Source: Babesia bigemina
Taxonomy: Eukaryota
Length of the DNA stretch: 64,000 nucleotides
Direction of reading: 5' to 3'
Assembly (NCBI RefSeq): GCF_000981445.1
Contig: NC_027218.1
Span: 2,356,001 to 2,420,000 of the forward strand
Below the pieces are notes generated by a model that saw nothing but the letters and a program-made list of their open reading frames with translations, made no database searches and was not told the DNA's origin. The stretch's first letter is position 1. Every line of letters starts with the position of its first letter. This document shows positions 54,905 to 64,000 of this stretch, piece after piece. The translations under genes and the position numbers were made by a program.

Positions 54905-57900
54905 TTATTTAAGCTGGTCGATGAGATCATTGGGATCATCGTCGAAGTAATCGGCGTCGTAGAGTGAGAGCATCTTCCTGCTATTAGTGAGCAGCGCCTT
55001 GACGTCGATGAGGTGTGAAGCCTTGGACCTGATGAAGTGAGAACAGAGATACAGGACGTCCAGGCGGTACAGTATCGTGTAAGACATGAAGAGAATTGCG
55101 CCTGACCACAATGCCATGAGCGTGTAGATGAATGGCCCTCGGACTCTGTAAAGGAACTCATCCATGCAGGTGATGAGCATTGCAATAGGCTTGCCGTCGA
55201 CCACGGTCCTCAGCTTTACGATTATATCTGAACATGTGAGTGGCCACTGTAATTTACCCTCCGGTGGCATGAACCCGTGTGTGTAGAGGAGAGGCATGGC
55301 AGCGGAACACTGATGGAATGATTTAGGTTCGGAACATGTATGCGTCTTGAAATCATATCGCAGTCGTTCAAGTGACTCCCACAGTCTGTCCGGCAGGTAC
55401 ACCGCCCAGCTGAGGTAGGTGTGGGCGAAAGTCGGAGAGTACAGGGAGTACGCCCGGTAGGTAATGGGCGAGCAATATTGTGGGCAATTGGCCGAGTCAC
55501 TGCAGCAGCCAACAAGTGTGGACAGCGTATTGGAATGGTCATTTCCGTGATTGTGCTTGGAGTTGAGAGTCTCGTAGCCCCGGATGCCCTGAACTGCTTG
55601 GAGGTCGGAGTCACCAAGTTGGTCCCAGTTGGGGCAGTTGGCATGTGACTTGGTGATGGCAGTGCCTAGTGAAGAAAGTGCCTTTGAAGCATAATCGTGC
55701 AACTCGATACCGAAATGATGGAAGTACGACACAAGCTCCCCGGTGGTGCGCGGCGTCCGCCTGGTGAGGCAGTTGAGGTAGGAGGACAGGGTCAGCAAGG
55801 GGTCCTCACCGCCGCAGGTAGGAGACAGGATGGTTGAAATGACACTGCCCTGCTTCGATATCTTAGGCAAATCTCTCCTCTTGAATCCCATCCTGACCCT
55901 GCTCTTGAGGCACAGATTGCACGGGTCGAAGAGGTGCGTCTTGAAGTCGGAGTCCCAGCCGTCAGTCAGGAACGCCTGGAGGGGAGATGGCATCTTGGCC
56001 TCACTGCCGTACTCACAATTCTTCCAACCGCCTCGAGACTCATTTCTAGAACACTGCGACTTCAGGAATTGCAACTGGTAGTGGCAGGCATAGGCGTAGT
56101 CACGCAGCTGGCAGAGGAGACAGGAGGGGTCGGACGAATAATGCAGCTGACTATATACTGATTTGAAGTCGAAAGTAGAGAAGGCTTTAAAATCATTGTA
56201 GTACTTAATCCGTGTGATTATGTTTGCCGAGTAGAGGCACGCCTCTGCAAGGGTATTGGTGACACGGGAAGCAGTCAGCTGGTTGGGATACCCGGTGACA
56301 TCGATGGCAAATGAAGGCCACGAGGAGTCTTTATTAATATCATCCAAAACTCCACCAACATGCTTCTGAATAAAACCAATGTACCCTAATTCGACAACGC
56401 CGACCATCCAATAGAGCATTTCACGGACAGTATTGGGAGAAGGCATATTGTCAGAATCTGGGGGAGAAGTAGTTGAATGCCTGGTAGAGGTGGATGAAGG
56501 GTCAACATACCAGGGGTTGAGGCATTGGGGAATATACACTTCACCAGTACCTCCTTCGTTGGGTGATTCATGGAAATCAAAATGTTCAAACGGCATATCG
56601 ACATCACGAAGGTCTAATGAGTTCGACAAAACTGAAGCTTCTTGTAACTTATCCAGGTCAGAAGCTATATCCGATTGTGGAGATGCTTTGCCAAGTGTAT
56701 GGGAAACAGTCAAAGGATCTTTAGGAGGGTTAATGCCGTTGCGGTATCGTGATCTCTCAATATGATCACTGATTAGCGCATCGGCACTTGAATTATAAGC
56801 ATCCTCACTAGATATCAATTTAGGCTTCAAAATTTCCACTTCTAATTTAGGCAAATCCTGACCTTGACCACTACCGGGAGCAAGGCTACCAGATGCAGCA
56901 GATTGCCGGCTCGAATCCTTTGCTGCCTGAGTGAGCACAGCCTGGGAAGATACTGTATGCTGTGAACCCAAAGAAGCATTCTGTAAACCCCCACCTAGCA
57001 CCGCAGCTTGAGCAGTGAGCTTAGGGCTTCCAGTAGGACTGGCGGGAGGGGTTGGAAAAGACGCTGGCGACGATTGAAGTGTAGGCTGAGGCGATTGTAT
57101 CCCCTGTGCATCTGAACCTTGAGACGACGCAGAAGCAACCATACTAGTAGGCCCTGTCTGGCCTGGATCACCATTAGACCCCGGTGCGCCTGGAGCACCA
57201 CCTGCACCATGGCCACCAGGTGACGAGCTTGAAGGTTTAACACCTGGAGCTTGAGGTAAAGCAGGCGCTTGAGCTGGAGGATCACTGCCCTGCAAACTCT
57301 TACCTGCGTCATCTGGCGGACCAGCGTGGCCCTGGGGTCCTTTACCATCTTCAGGAGGAACGTTAGAACCAAGTGATGTATGCGACATTCCAGGCTGGTG
57401 TTCACTTTGACCATTGTTTTGATTTGAAGATCCCACTGACGCAGCATCCGCCAAATCGTCCTCCTCATCATCATCATCAGATGCTGCCTCCGCTTTCTTG
57501 CCCTGGTTCTGTGCTCCCTCTGCTTTCTTGCCCTGGTTCTGTGCTCCCTCCGCCTTCTTACCCTGGTTCTGTGCTCCCTCCGCTTTCTTGCCCTGGTTGG
57601 GAGATCCCTCTGCTTTCTTACCCTGGTTCTGTGCTCCCTCCGCTTTCTTGCCCTGGTTCTGTGCTCCCTCCGCTTTCTTGCCCTGGTTCTGTGCTCCCTC
57701 CGCTTTCTTGCCCTGGTTCTGTGCTCCCTCCGCCTTCTTACCCTGGTTCTGTGCTCCCTCCGCTTTCTTGCCCTGGTTGGGAGATCCCTCAACTCCAAGA
57801 TCATCACTCACACCTAACTCCTCTAACACCACAACCTCATCCTCCTCGTCATCTGCTTCAAGATCCGCCGTCTTGACATGGTTATGGTCTTTACATGACA

Positions 57901-59044
57901 CACCCTTCAAAATATTTACCGTCTTATCCAGTTCTCTACCGTATTCACTGAGAATCTCTACTACCCCTTTCCATTTCTGATCCAAAACCTGAGACCTGTA
58001 GCTCTCCGTACCGAAGTCGTGGCTATCAAATATAAAACCATATGGGAAAAAATGCTTGTTGAAATAATCACCAGCATTTGTATAGCGATTTGCCTTAATC
58101 TCTTTCAGACTTGACCCCACTCTATCCAAATTCTCTCTAAGCCACCTCGTCATCCTTTTAGCGAACTTTTCTTTGTTAAGATCATCAACTGCTGGCGAAT
58201 GACCAGTGTTGGAGAGGACACCAGCATTGAAAATTCTTTCGAGTGACACTCTAAGTTCGGCGCAATGCGTTTTCAATTTTTCCCACTCGATGCAGTTTCT
58301 GTACTCGTTGATATACCCATCCAGAGCATTTTCTACCTTTCTATCTTTGTCATCGTCCACAATCTCGCAAAATGTTTTGAGCAATGCAAGAGCGTTCGCC
58401 GTGTTGGAAGCCTGTGAGCCAGCGTTGGTCAAAGCCGATGTGACAAGTACGTCACTAAAGAAATTTGTATGTAACTCGCCCAGTAACTTTGGGAGGTCAT
58501 CAACCATCTCCGTACCGTAGGTATAGCCACCATCACTACCTTCTTTCAACCTGCCTTTTTCGAATCCACCAGAAATGACACCATACTTAACGAAGGACGT
58601 ATCAATAAGATATGTATCAATCTTACTGACACCAGATGTAGACATTGCAACCATTCCAATCGTTTGATCCGCCCAGTCCCCTCCGCCTACCGCAACGAAC
58701 CTCTTATCCACATGATATTGCAAGAAGTACACGACGGAGAGCAATTTGGGAATGCAAGCGAGTAGGGTAAATAATACCACACTAGGTGTGTTCGCCATAT
58801 AATTAGTAGGCTGCGCATTCTTGCACAATTTATCATAGAAGTGTGACACTTGAAAAAGCAATCGCGACAGTGCGGTTTTTATGTTCTGTGAATCTGAATT
58901 CTTAGAATAATAGATTCTAAGACGCCGAGCCAGTTCCTCGGCCACCTGACCTTGCATATGTTCGTCATTTTTCAACCACTCCAGGAACTGGAGACACTGC
59001 TTAAGATTGTTAAGCGCAGGAATCTTACTTGTTATCTTCGCCAT
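54905..59044 (-). CDS. VESA-like variant surface antigen with RRBP1-like decapeptide array
   Basis: N-terminal LNNLKQCLQFLEWL, conserved ves C-terminal region, TM (VRGPFIYTLMALWSGAILF), tail HLIDVKALL...DYFDDD; first ATG at 59044. Confidence 0.92.
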   Translation of the reverse strand: MAKITSKIPALNNLKQCLQFLEWLKNDEHMQGQVAEELARRLRIYYSKNSDSQNIKTALSRLLFQVSHFYDKLCKNAQPTNYMANTPSVVLFTLLACIPKLLSVVYFLQYHVDKRFVAVGGGDWADQTIGMVAMSTSGVSKIDTYLIDTSFVKYGVISGGFEKGRLKEGSDGGYTYGTEMVDDLPKLLGELHTNFFSDVLVTSALTNAGSQASNTANALALLKTFCEIVDDDKDRKVENALDGYINEYRNCIEWEKLKTHCAELRVSLERIFNAGVLSNTGHSPAVDDLNKEKFAKRMTRWLRENLDRVGSSLKEIKANRYTNAGDYFNKHFFPYGFIFDSHDFGTESYRSQVLDQKWKGVVEILSEYGRELDKTVNILKGVSCKDHNHVKTADLEADDEEDEVVVLEELGVSDDLGVEGSPNQGKKAEGAQNQGKKAEGAQNQGKKAEGAQNQGKKAEGAQNQGKKAEGAQNQGKKAEGSPNQGKKAEGAQNQGKKAEGAQNQGKKAEGAQNQGKKAEAASDDDDEEDDLADAASVGSSNQNNGQSEHQPGMSHTSLGSNVPPEDGKGPQGHAGPPDDAGKSLQGSDPPAQAPALPQAPGVKPSSSSPGGHGAGGAPGAPGSNGDPGQTGPTSMVASASSQGSDAQGIQSPQPTLQSSPASFPTPPASPTGSPKLTAQAAVLGGGLQNASLGSQHTVSSQAVLTQAAKDSSRQSAASGSLAPGSGQGQDLPKLEVEILKPKLISSEDAYNSSADALISDHIERSRYRNGINPPKDPLTVSHTLGKASPQSDIASDLDKLQEASVLSNSLDLRDVDMPFEHFDFHESPNEGGTGEVYIPQCLNPWYVDPSSTSTRHSTTSPPDSDNMPSPNTVREMLYWMVGVVELGYIGFIQKHVGGVLDDINKDSSWPSFAIDVTGYPNQLTASRVTNTLAEACLYSANIITRIKYYNDFKAFSTFDFKSVYSQLHYSSDPSCLLCQLRDYAYACHYQLQFLKSQCSRNESRGGWKNCEYGSEAKMPSPLQAFLTDGWDSDFKTHLFDPCNLCLKSRVRMGFKRRDLPKISKQGSVISTILSPTCGGEDPLLTLSSYLNCLTRRTPRTTGELVSYFHHFGIELHDYASKALSSLGTAITKSHANCPNWDQLGDSDLQAVQGIRGYETLNSKHNHGNDHSNTLSTLVGCCSDSANCPQYCSPITYRAYSLYSPTFAHTYLSWAVYLPDRLWESLERLRYDFKTHTCSEPKSFHQCSAAMPLLYTHGFMPPEGKLQWPLTCSDIIVKLRTVVDGKPIAMLITCMDEFLYRVRGPFIYTLMALWSGAILFMSYTILYRLDVLYLCSHFIRSKASHLIDVKALLTNSRKMLSLYDADYFDDDPNDLIDQLK
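57481..57790 (-). repeat. 30-bp tandem array, 10 units of EG(AQ/SP)NQGKKA followed by EAAS
   Basis: Directly visible; units 1-2 are identical to units 7-8 (180-bp higher-order period). Confidence 0.97.
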
Positions 59045-60255
59045 CTCGTCCACTTCCAATCATCCACCACTCTACTCTCACAAATCAGCGCAGCCAACTC
59101 CCATAATGTGTGAACCGAAAGCGACTAAACTCCTGACATCCCTACACTGAGCACTCACTACGTCCACTCATTGACAGTATAGCCAGACGGCAAAGTGGGA
59201 TGAGCAAAAATGCCACAACCAGCATCGTCAGACTAAAACCAACCACTACAAATGCCGTAAACGAAGACATTTATTTGTCTACTCAACCCTTCGAAACACG
59301 TGGACGAACGGTGAAATCAGGCGAACATCCCACCTACCCGGAGTGAGGCAGGCAGCCAATCCAGGTTTTCAGAACAACAGGAGTAAAATCGGCGTAGCAG
59401 CACGTATAACGAACGATAGCAGAAACCATATCTGGATGCAGAATCGAAGAAGGGGTAAGTCCCCTAACCTGGTATCACGACCCCGCCAAGCACCCTCCCC
59501 TCGGTGTTCCGTCACCTTTCGGTCGGCCGACAAAAAATCGTACCGGCAGTGACACGACATCCGCGCGCCTCGCACCACAGAAGAAACGCTTTTTGACGAA
59601 GAATTAAAATTTTATTTTGGTCGGAGTGTATTCGGTCAACTAGTATTAGAGTTGCCCGGCCACGACTCCACCCACCGTAAGCCACATCACCCAACCACGT
59701 TCCACCATGGGCCATGATGAAGGTGCGACATCAACTGTTCACGTGATATACAGCACATCATTGCGATGCTGTTCATTTCCAGAAAGGCGCCTGCGATGCC
59801 AGGCATATACGTCATCCCTCAGACGTCACGCCGGAAAATGTCACTGCTGTACCTAGCATAGAGCTTTCTACTATGCCAACACAATCCAAAGCATCACAAA
59901 CATTATACCCATCTATCTAAGCTGCGAACCAGAGCCTCAGCTGGAGCAGGCATTAACTGGATACATGGATGGTCACTCACGCAGCTGCGGTACACTAACA
60001 GATGAGATGACGCGGTAACATCTCACAAGTAATGCAAACTAAGTGCGGAACAAATACTGTAATGCACACACTAAACGCTGTGCCAATTCCCTGATTAGGT
60101 ATTACGCCAGACATTAAATTAGGCGGTGGGTTGTTGGTTAGGTGGCTGGGTGAGCTAGGCAGTGGTATAATGATAGTTGTGAGTAACATTAACGTGATGA
60201 CTGGTTAGAAGGTTGCGATATAAGGCATCTGTGAATATCACACGTGCAGATGCGA

Positions 60256-63200
60256 TTAGGCTTGCAGGTACGATATCTTGGCAAGTTTGCCGACACGTGC
60301 TGCAGCGAGTAGTGACTGGGCAGCAATTTTGTAAGAGGCTGGCGACCTGAGGTGTGATTTGATGTGGAGCGTGTCTAGGCGTCCGATCAAGACGTAGAAC
60401 AGGTAGAGAAGAGACAGCGACCAGAGGGCTACAACTGTCCAGATGAATGGCGTCCGAATAGTGAACATCAATGTGTCTATGGCATGCAAGAAATTTCCCA
60501 GCACCTGGGAATTCAAGATGTTTTTCAGCACATTAGAAAAATCTTGGCACTTAATCTGGCTTTTGTTTGCGGCATCGGCATACGTCAAGCCATATTTATA
60601 AAGTATTGAGGAAACCGGTTGGCAGTGGACGATGGAGCTACATCCACATGAAGTGGTGCCGTGTTTGCCTTTTGTGCAACTCTCACTGTGGAGGCATGGT
60701 GAGCAACGGGAGTCGGCACATGAGACATCACTAAATGCCTTCTGCAATTGTTTAAAGAAATCCACGAGTTGGGGGCAAACGTGGACTAACCATGACAAAT
60801 AACTTTTGGCATGCTTCGGAGCGAACGCGCCGTATGCAGCTGAGTTTATAGGTCGGATGATATAACCGCAATCCTGCTCACCACACCCAACTAAATAACT
60901 CATGTCGGAAATACGGGTTATATCATGCAGGAAGTGAGATGGAGATTCATACAGACTGCGGCATTGATTTATGAACTGCTTAGCGTCCTCGTATTTACAG
61001 GACACAGTCTTTTCGATAGTGTTGCTAAGTGCTTGTTCTATTGAATTTGACGGCTTTTTATATTCAGTCATCGGAGTCCACGGTTGTACAAGTTGGTAAT
61101 AGAAGGCGAATACATCAGGGAATGTCTGCGGAGGACGACCAACGAAGCATGCCAGTGAAGCGTAAAGTTTGGTGAGTACGCCTCGATCGCCGCATAGTTT
61201 GTCAAGCACGGAACATAGGTCCTTACCAGTACGCGTACTACAGGAGAATGTCCTAAAGCCTAGGGGTGTCAAGCAAGGCATCTTAGGTGAACTGGACGAG
61301 CACGTGGAACATTTGGAAGTGCAGCCAACAGACTGCAATTGGTGAGGCAAGTGTCCGAGGAGACAGTCGGTCAGGTAGGACATCAGAGGAGATGTACGTT
61401 GGCAATCAGGTGTCTGATCAGAATGTTCCTTACACTGCCAACTTGACGTACCGGCGTTTTTGCCGTAATGGCAGTCGCGCCAACCTAAGTTCTTAACACC
61501 GAGTTTACATTGCCAATATAAAAATTGCAAGACAGGGCACAATTTGCGGAGCACGTCTAATAGCATATCAAAGCACGCTGCAGCATCGGAAGGATAGTGC
61601 AACTCAAGAGAGTTCCCGAGATATTGGCACGCATAAAGGGTGTCTGCGTCGCCATATCCCACGATACTGGTAAGCATATCGTAGGCAGGAGTGTAAATTG
61701 ACGGTAGTTCAGATGTGAATATATCCGATAATATATTTCGCAGTATAACATCAGTTTCAGAGTCGAATTGTTTTTGGAGGTACTTCGTAAGTTTCTCCTT
61801 TACTGGGTTATGCTGCAGGCCACTGAGCCATGCAAGCATCTGGAATGCGTTAAGCGGATGTTTAGCGGAAGAGAAAGTCCCTAAGTGGGAAATGCGCAAG
61901 TAATATTTGATTATGTCGGCGAAGTCGTCCAGAGAGGCGAGAATATCATAACTGGGCTGTGACGTGACCTGAGTGTTAGACTTAAATAGATCAACGATGC
62001 TATTGCCATTAAAACCCTTCTTGTGATTTAACTCGCCGTATTCCGCATTGCTGGGAAGGCCAGGATCGTAACCGTTTTTGCTAAAGAAGAGGCTGCTAAG
62101 GCTATAATTGTAATTCGAACTATACATTTTGTAGTCTTTCCACGTACTTTTTGTTTTCTCAACTTCTCTTTTATATTTGAATAAACTCTTGAGCATTATG
62201 TCTATCGTGGTCAAGAATACCGTAGCACATTTCGTGCCTTGCAGAGATGTTTCAGTTGACTTTATATCGGACCAGTCGACATTGGGAACGCTGTCGTATG
62301 CCGACACGTATGCGTTTTTGAGCTCATTGTGAAACCCTTGCAGGCCGTTTTTCAGAATCTCAAGCAACTTATTTCTCTCATCGTTGTATGACTCAGGGCG
62401 TATGCTCTGCAGAAGAGTATTAACTGCTGCCAGGTCATCTACAAATTTCTTATTGTAATTAGAAAGGCCATTGAGGAGAGTGTTAAGCGTAGCATCTATC
62501 TCGGTGAGCTTATGAATAGGAATTATGTCACGCTTCGTTTTGAGACTGTGGAAAATACCATTGAAGAAGTTACCGACACCAGAGGCGAATGTCGCCAGTT
62601 TAGCGTGCTGTGGCAAGTCATTTTTCAAATTAGCAGAGCTCACATGCGTTTCCATCTCTTTCATGAACCCTTTGAACTCCGTCTTGAGGTCAATATCGAT
62701 TCTCTCTGGCAAATTCAACAGCTCACCTTGCACTTTAGTGGCAAACGCATCTAGCAAGCCTTTCATAGATGACACGTAGTTCTTTTGCGCCTGGGATGTG
62801 AGTTTTGCGATTGCGAAAGATATTTGTTCGTCAACTTGTTTTTGAAGTTGTTGTACGGTTGAGGTGCATAACGTGTCAGCTTCACCAGCAAATTCTTCGG
62901 ACAACTTTAGGGCACCATCTGCAAACCTCTTCTGCAGCTCGGTAAATCGATCACGAATCTTTTTAAGTTGCGTGTTTATAGTATCGTTTGCCAATGTTCC
63001 CAGATGCTGTTTGGAGTACTTCACTCCGTTCTTAATTGCCTCGCATAGCTCAGTAAGGTGGTGGTACACAAGGTTGCCCTGGGTTTCGAGTGCAGCTTTC
63101 GCCGCTTGGGCCTGTTGGGCAATGCTATCCTGTAGCTGGCTAATAGTATTCAGATCAGTATCAACGATTCTGTTGACAGCTTCTTGCATCTCTGAGATGC

Positions 63201-64000
63201 TCCCTGCGACGACGGCAATAATGAGGCCTAAGAGCTGCCGTTTGACACCGTCAATGGTTTCGTTGCTAAGTGTCTCTTTAATTACTTTGGGAATATTGGT
63301 GGTGATGTTGGATTGTAAAATGTTTTCCCATTCCTGCTGCGCATTGTGAAGATGGTTCAAGACCTTTTCTACTTTTGCGCCAGGACCGCTGTCGTCGTAG
63401 TCTAACGCTGCACTATCAAGCCATTTTCCCACGCCCTTTGCCGTCCACAGGTCAGTCTCTTGCAAAGCTTGAAGACCTTTCCAATTACCACTCCTGGGAG
63501 CACTTTCTGTAGCCGCATCCAACCCCTGCTTTAAATCTTTCCAAATACCATCAATCGCAATTCCCAACTGTCTATTTGTTTCCTGTCTGAGCTCTCGGAT
63601 TGACTGGCTGAAATCCCAATTACCACCGTTACCCGTATTAAAATTTTCAAAGTCTTCCGGCATCGTAGTCGTAACCTTCTCTTCAAGGCCTTGCAGTTTC
63701 TCGATAACGCATCCTTCTTCTTGTCCATCACCTGCTTTCCCCTTAATCTTGGCGACAACTACATCGAATTGCCTTTTCGCTGTTTCGAATTTCCCATGCA
63801 GCTCCCCGGCTTGTTTCTCAACCTCCTTGGCCGCTTTGGCAATTGCACTCTTATTATTATTTTTTTTATCTTCAGGATCACCAACCTCATTTTCAATAAC
63901 GGCAACTTGCCTGTTTGCCTCTTCTATAACTTCCAACGCCTTCTCCATCCAATCCTCCAAGGTTTTAATATACTTTCCCAAGGATTTATATACTTCAACA
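60256..64000 (-). CDS. ves1: Large VESA1-like antigen (5' end outside window)
   Basis: Helical N-terminal part; MLAWLSGL, GWRDCHYG, SPLMSYLTD, CLTPLGF, YLSWLVH, CGCSSIVHC, TM IRTPFIWTVVALWSLSLLYL, tail RLDTLHIKSHLRSP...IAAQSLLAAARV; frame open to the window edge. Confidence 0.9.
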   Translation of the reverse strand, partial: VEVYKSLGKYIKTLEDWMEKALEVIEEANRQVAVIENEVGDPEDKKNNNKSAIAKAAKEVEKQAGELHGKFETAKRQFDVVVAKIKGKAGDGQEEGCVIEKLQGLEEKVTTTMPEDFENFNTGNGGNWDFSQSIRELRQETNRQLGIAIDGIWKDLKQGLDAATESAPRSGNWKGLQALQETDLWTAKGVGKWLDSAALDYDDSGPGAKVEKVLNHLHNAQQEWENILQSNITTNIPKVIKETLSNETIDGVKRQLLGLIIAVVAGSISEMQEAVNRIVDTDLNTISQLQDSIAQQAQAAKAALETQGNLVYHHLTELCEAIKNGVKYSKQHLGTLANDTINTQLKKIRDRFTELQKRFADGALKLSEEFAGEADTLCTSTVQQLQKQVDEQISFAIAKLTSQAQKNYVSSMKGLLDAFATKVQGELLNLPERIDIDLKTEFKGFMKEMETHVSSANLKNDLPQHAKLATFASGVGNFFNGIFHSLKTKRDIIPIHKLTEIDATLNTLLNGLSNYNKKFVDDLAAVNTLLQSIRPESYNDERNKLLEILKNGLQGFHNELKNAYVSAYDSVPNVDWSDIKSTETSLQGTKCATVFLTTIDIMLKSLFKYKREVEKTKSTWKDYKMYSSNYNYSLSSLFFSKNGYDPGLPSNAEYGELNHKKGFNGNSIVDLFKSNTQVTSQPSYDILASLDDFADIIKYYLRISHLGTFSSAKHPLNAFQMLAWLSGLQHNPVKEKLTKYLQKQFDSETDVILRNILSDIFTSELPSIYTPAYDMLTSIVGYGDADTLYACQYLGNSLELHYPSDAAACFDMLLDVLRKLCPVLQFLYWQCKLGVKNLGWRDCHYGKNAGTSSWQCKEHSDQTPDCQRTSPLMSYLTDCLLGHLPHQLQSVGCTSKCSTCSSSSPKMPCLTPLGFRTFSCSTRTGKDLCSVLDKLCGDRGVLTKLYASLACFVGRPPQTFPDVFAFYYQLVQPWTPMTEYKKPSNSIEQALSNTIEKTVSCKYEDAKQFINQCRSLYESPSHFLHDITRISDMSYLVGCGEQDCGYIIRPINSAAYGAFAPKHAKSYLSWLVHVCPQLVDFFKQLQKAFSDVSCADSRCSPCLHSESCTKGKHGTTSCGCSSIVHCQPVSSILYKYGLTYADAANKSQIKCQDFSNVLKNILNSQVLGNFLHAIDTLMFTIRTPFIWTVVALWSLSLLYLFYVLIGRLDTLHIKSHLRSPASYKIAAQSLLAAARVGKLAKISYLQA

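Noticed and set aside
57481..57790. CRISPR-like regular array
   Set aside because: No unique spacers, in-frame coding repeat, eukaryotic context, no cas genes
57373..57980. Plus-strand ORFs with PWFCAPSAFL / CPGSVLPPLS repeats, and the alternative-frame ORF 56995-57807
   Set aside because: Shadows of the stop-free 30-bp coding repeat
59340..59720. Possible ncRNA, e.g. telomerase-like ccctaacc or small hairpins
   Set aside because: Template match is too short and no recognisable RNA family; more simply the promoter/leader of the ves-like gene
1..64000. Prokaryotic operons, rRNA or tRNA genes, alternative genetic code
   Set aside because: Split ORFs are explained by GT-AG introns; no structural RNA gene recognised; in-frame stops are confined to decayed accessory genes

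Overview
Eukaryotic DNA from a piroplasm parasite, most likely Babesia bigemina or a close relative such as B. ovata. Evidence: VESA/ves-type C-termini, compact genes with ~30-40 nt GT-AG introns, and apicomplexan housekeeping genes. A ~36 kb core block (about 14.8-50.9 kb) holds UBA5, a CS-domain protein, organellar HisRS, eIF2A, a mitochondrial di/tricarboxylate carrier, two divergent PNP paralogues, Ssf1/PPAN, a thioredoxin-fold protein, RPA1, DPH6, V-ATPase F, a DHHC enzyme, a La/DUF3223 protein, TBL1, CDT1 and an MFS transporter. Two contingency regions flank it. The left one has a ves-like gene and a cluster of five small Cys-rich single-TM genes, one of them stop-disrupted and absent from the ORF track. 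The right one has a short ves-like pseudogene, a decayed RLE-type non-LTR retrotransposon fragment and two large ves-like genes. Main observations: (1) both ~1400-1500 aa ves-like proteins carry NQGKKAEGAQ decapeptide repeats matching the ribosome-binding repeat of mammalian RRBP1/p180, suggesting host capture or mimicry; (2) a retroelement endonuclease remnant lies next to one of them, although piroplasms are generally considered poor in transposable elements; (3) the Cys-rich TM family is uncharacterised, has a tandemly amplified intron-exon leader, and has an inverted relic copy that brackets most of the core block. All calls come from motif recognition by eye; no searches were run.
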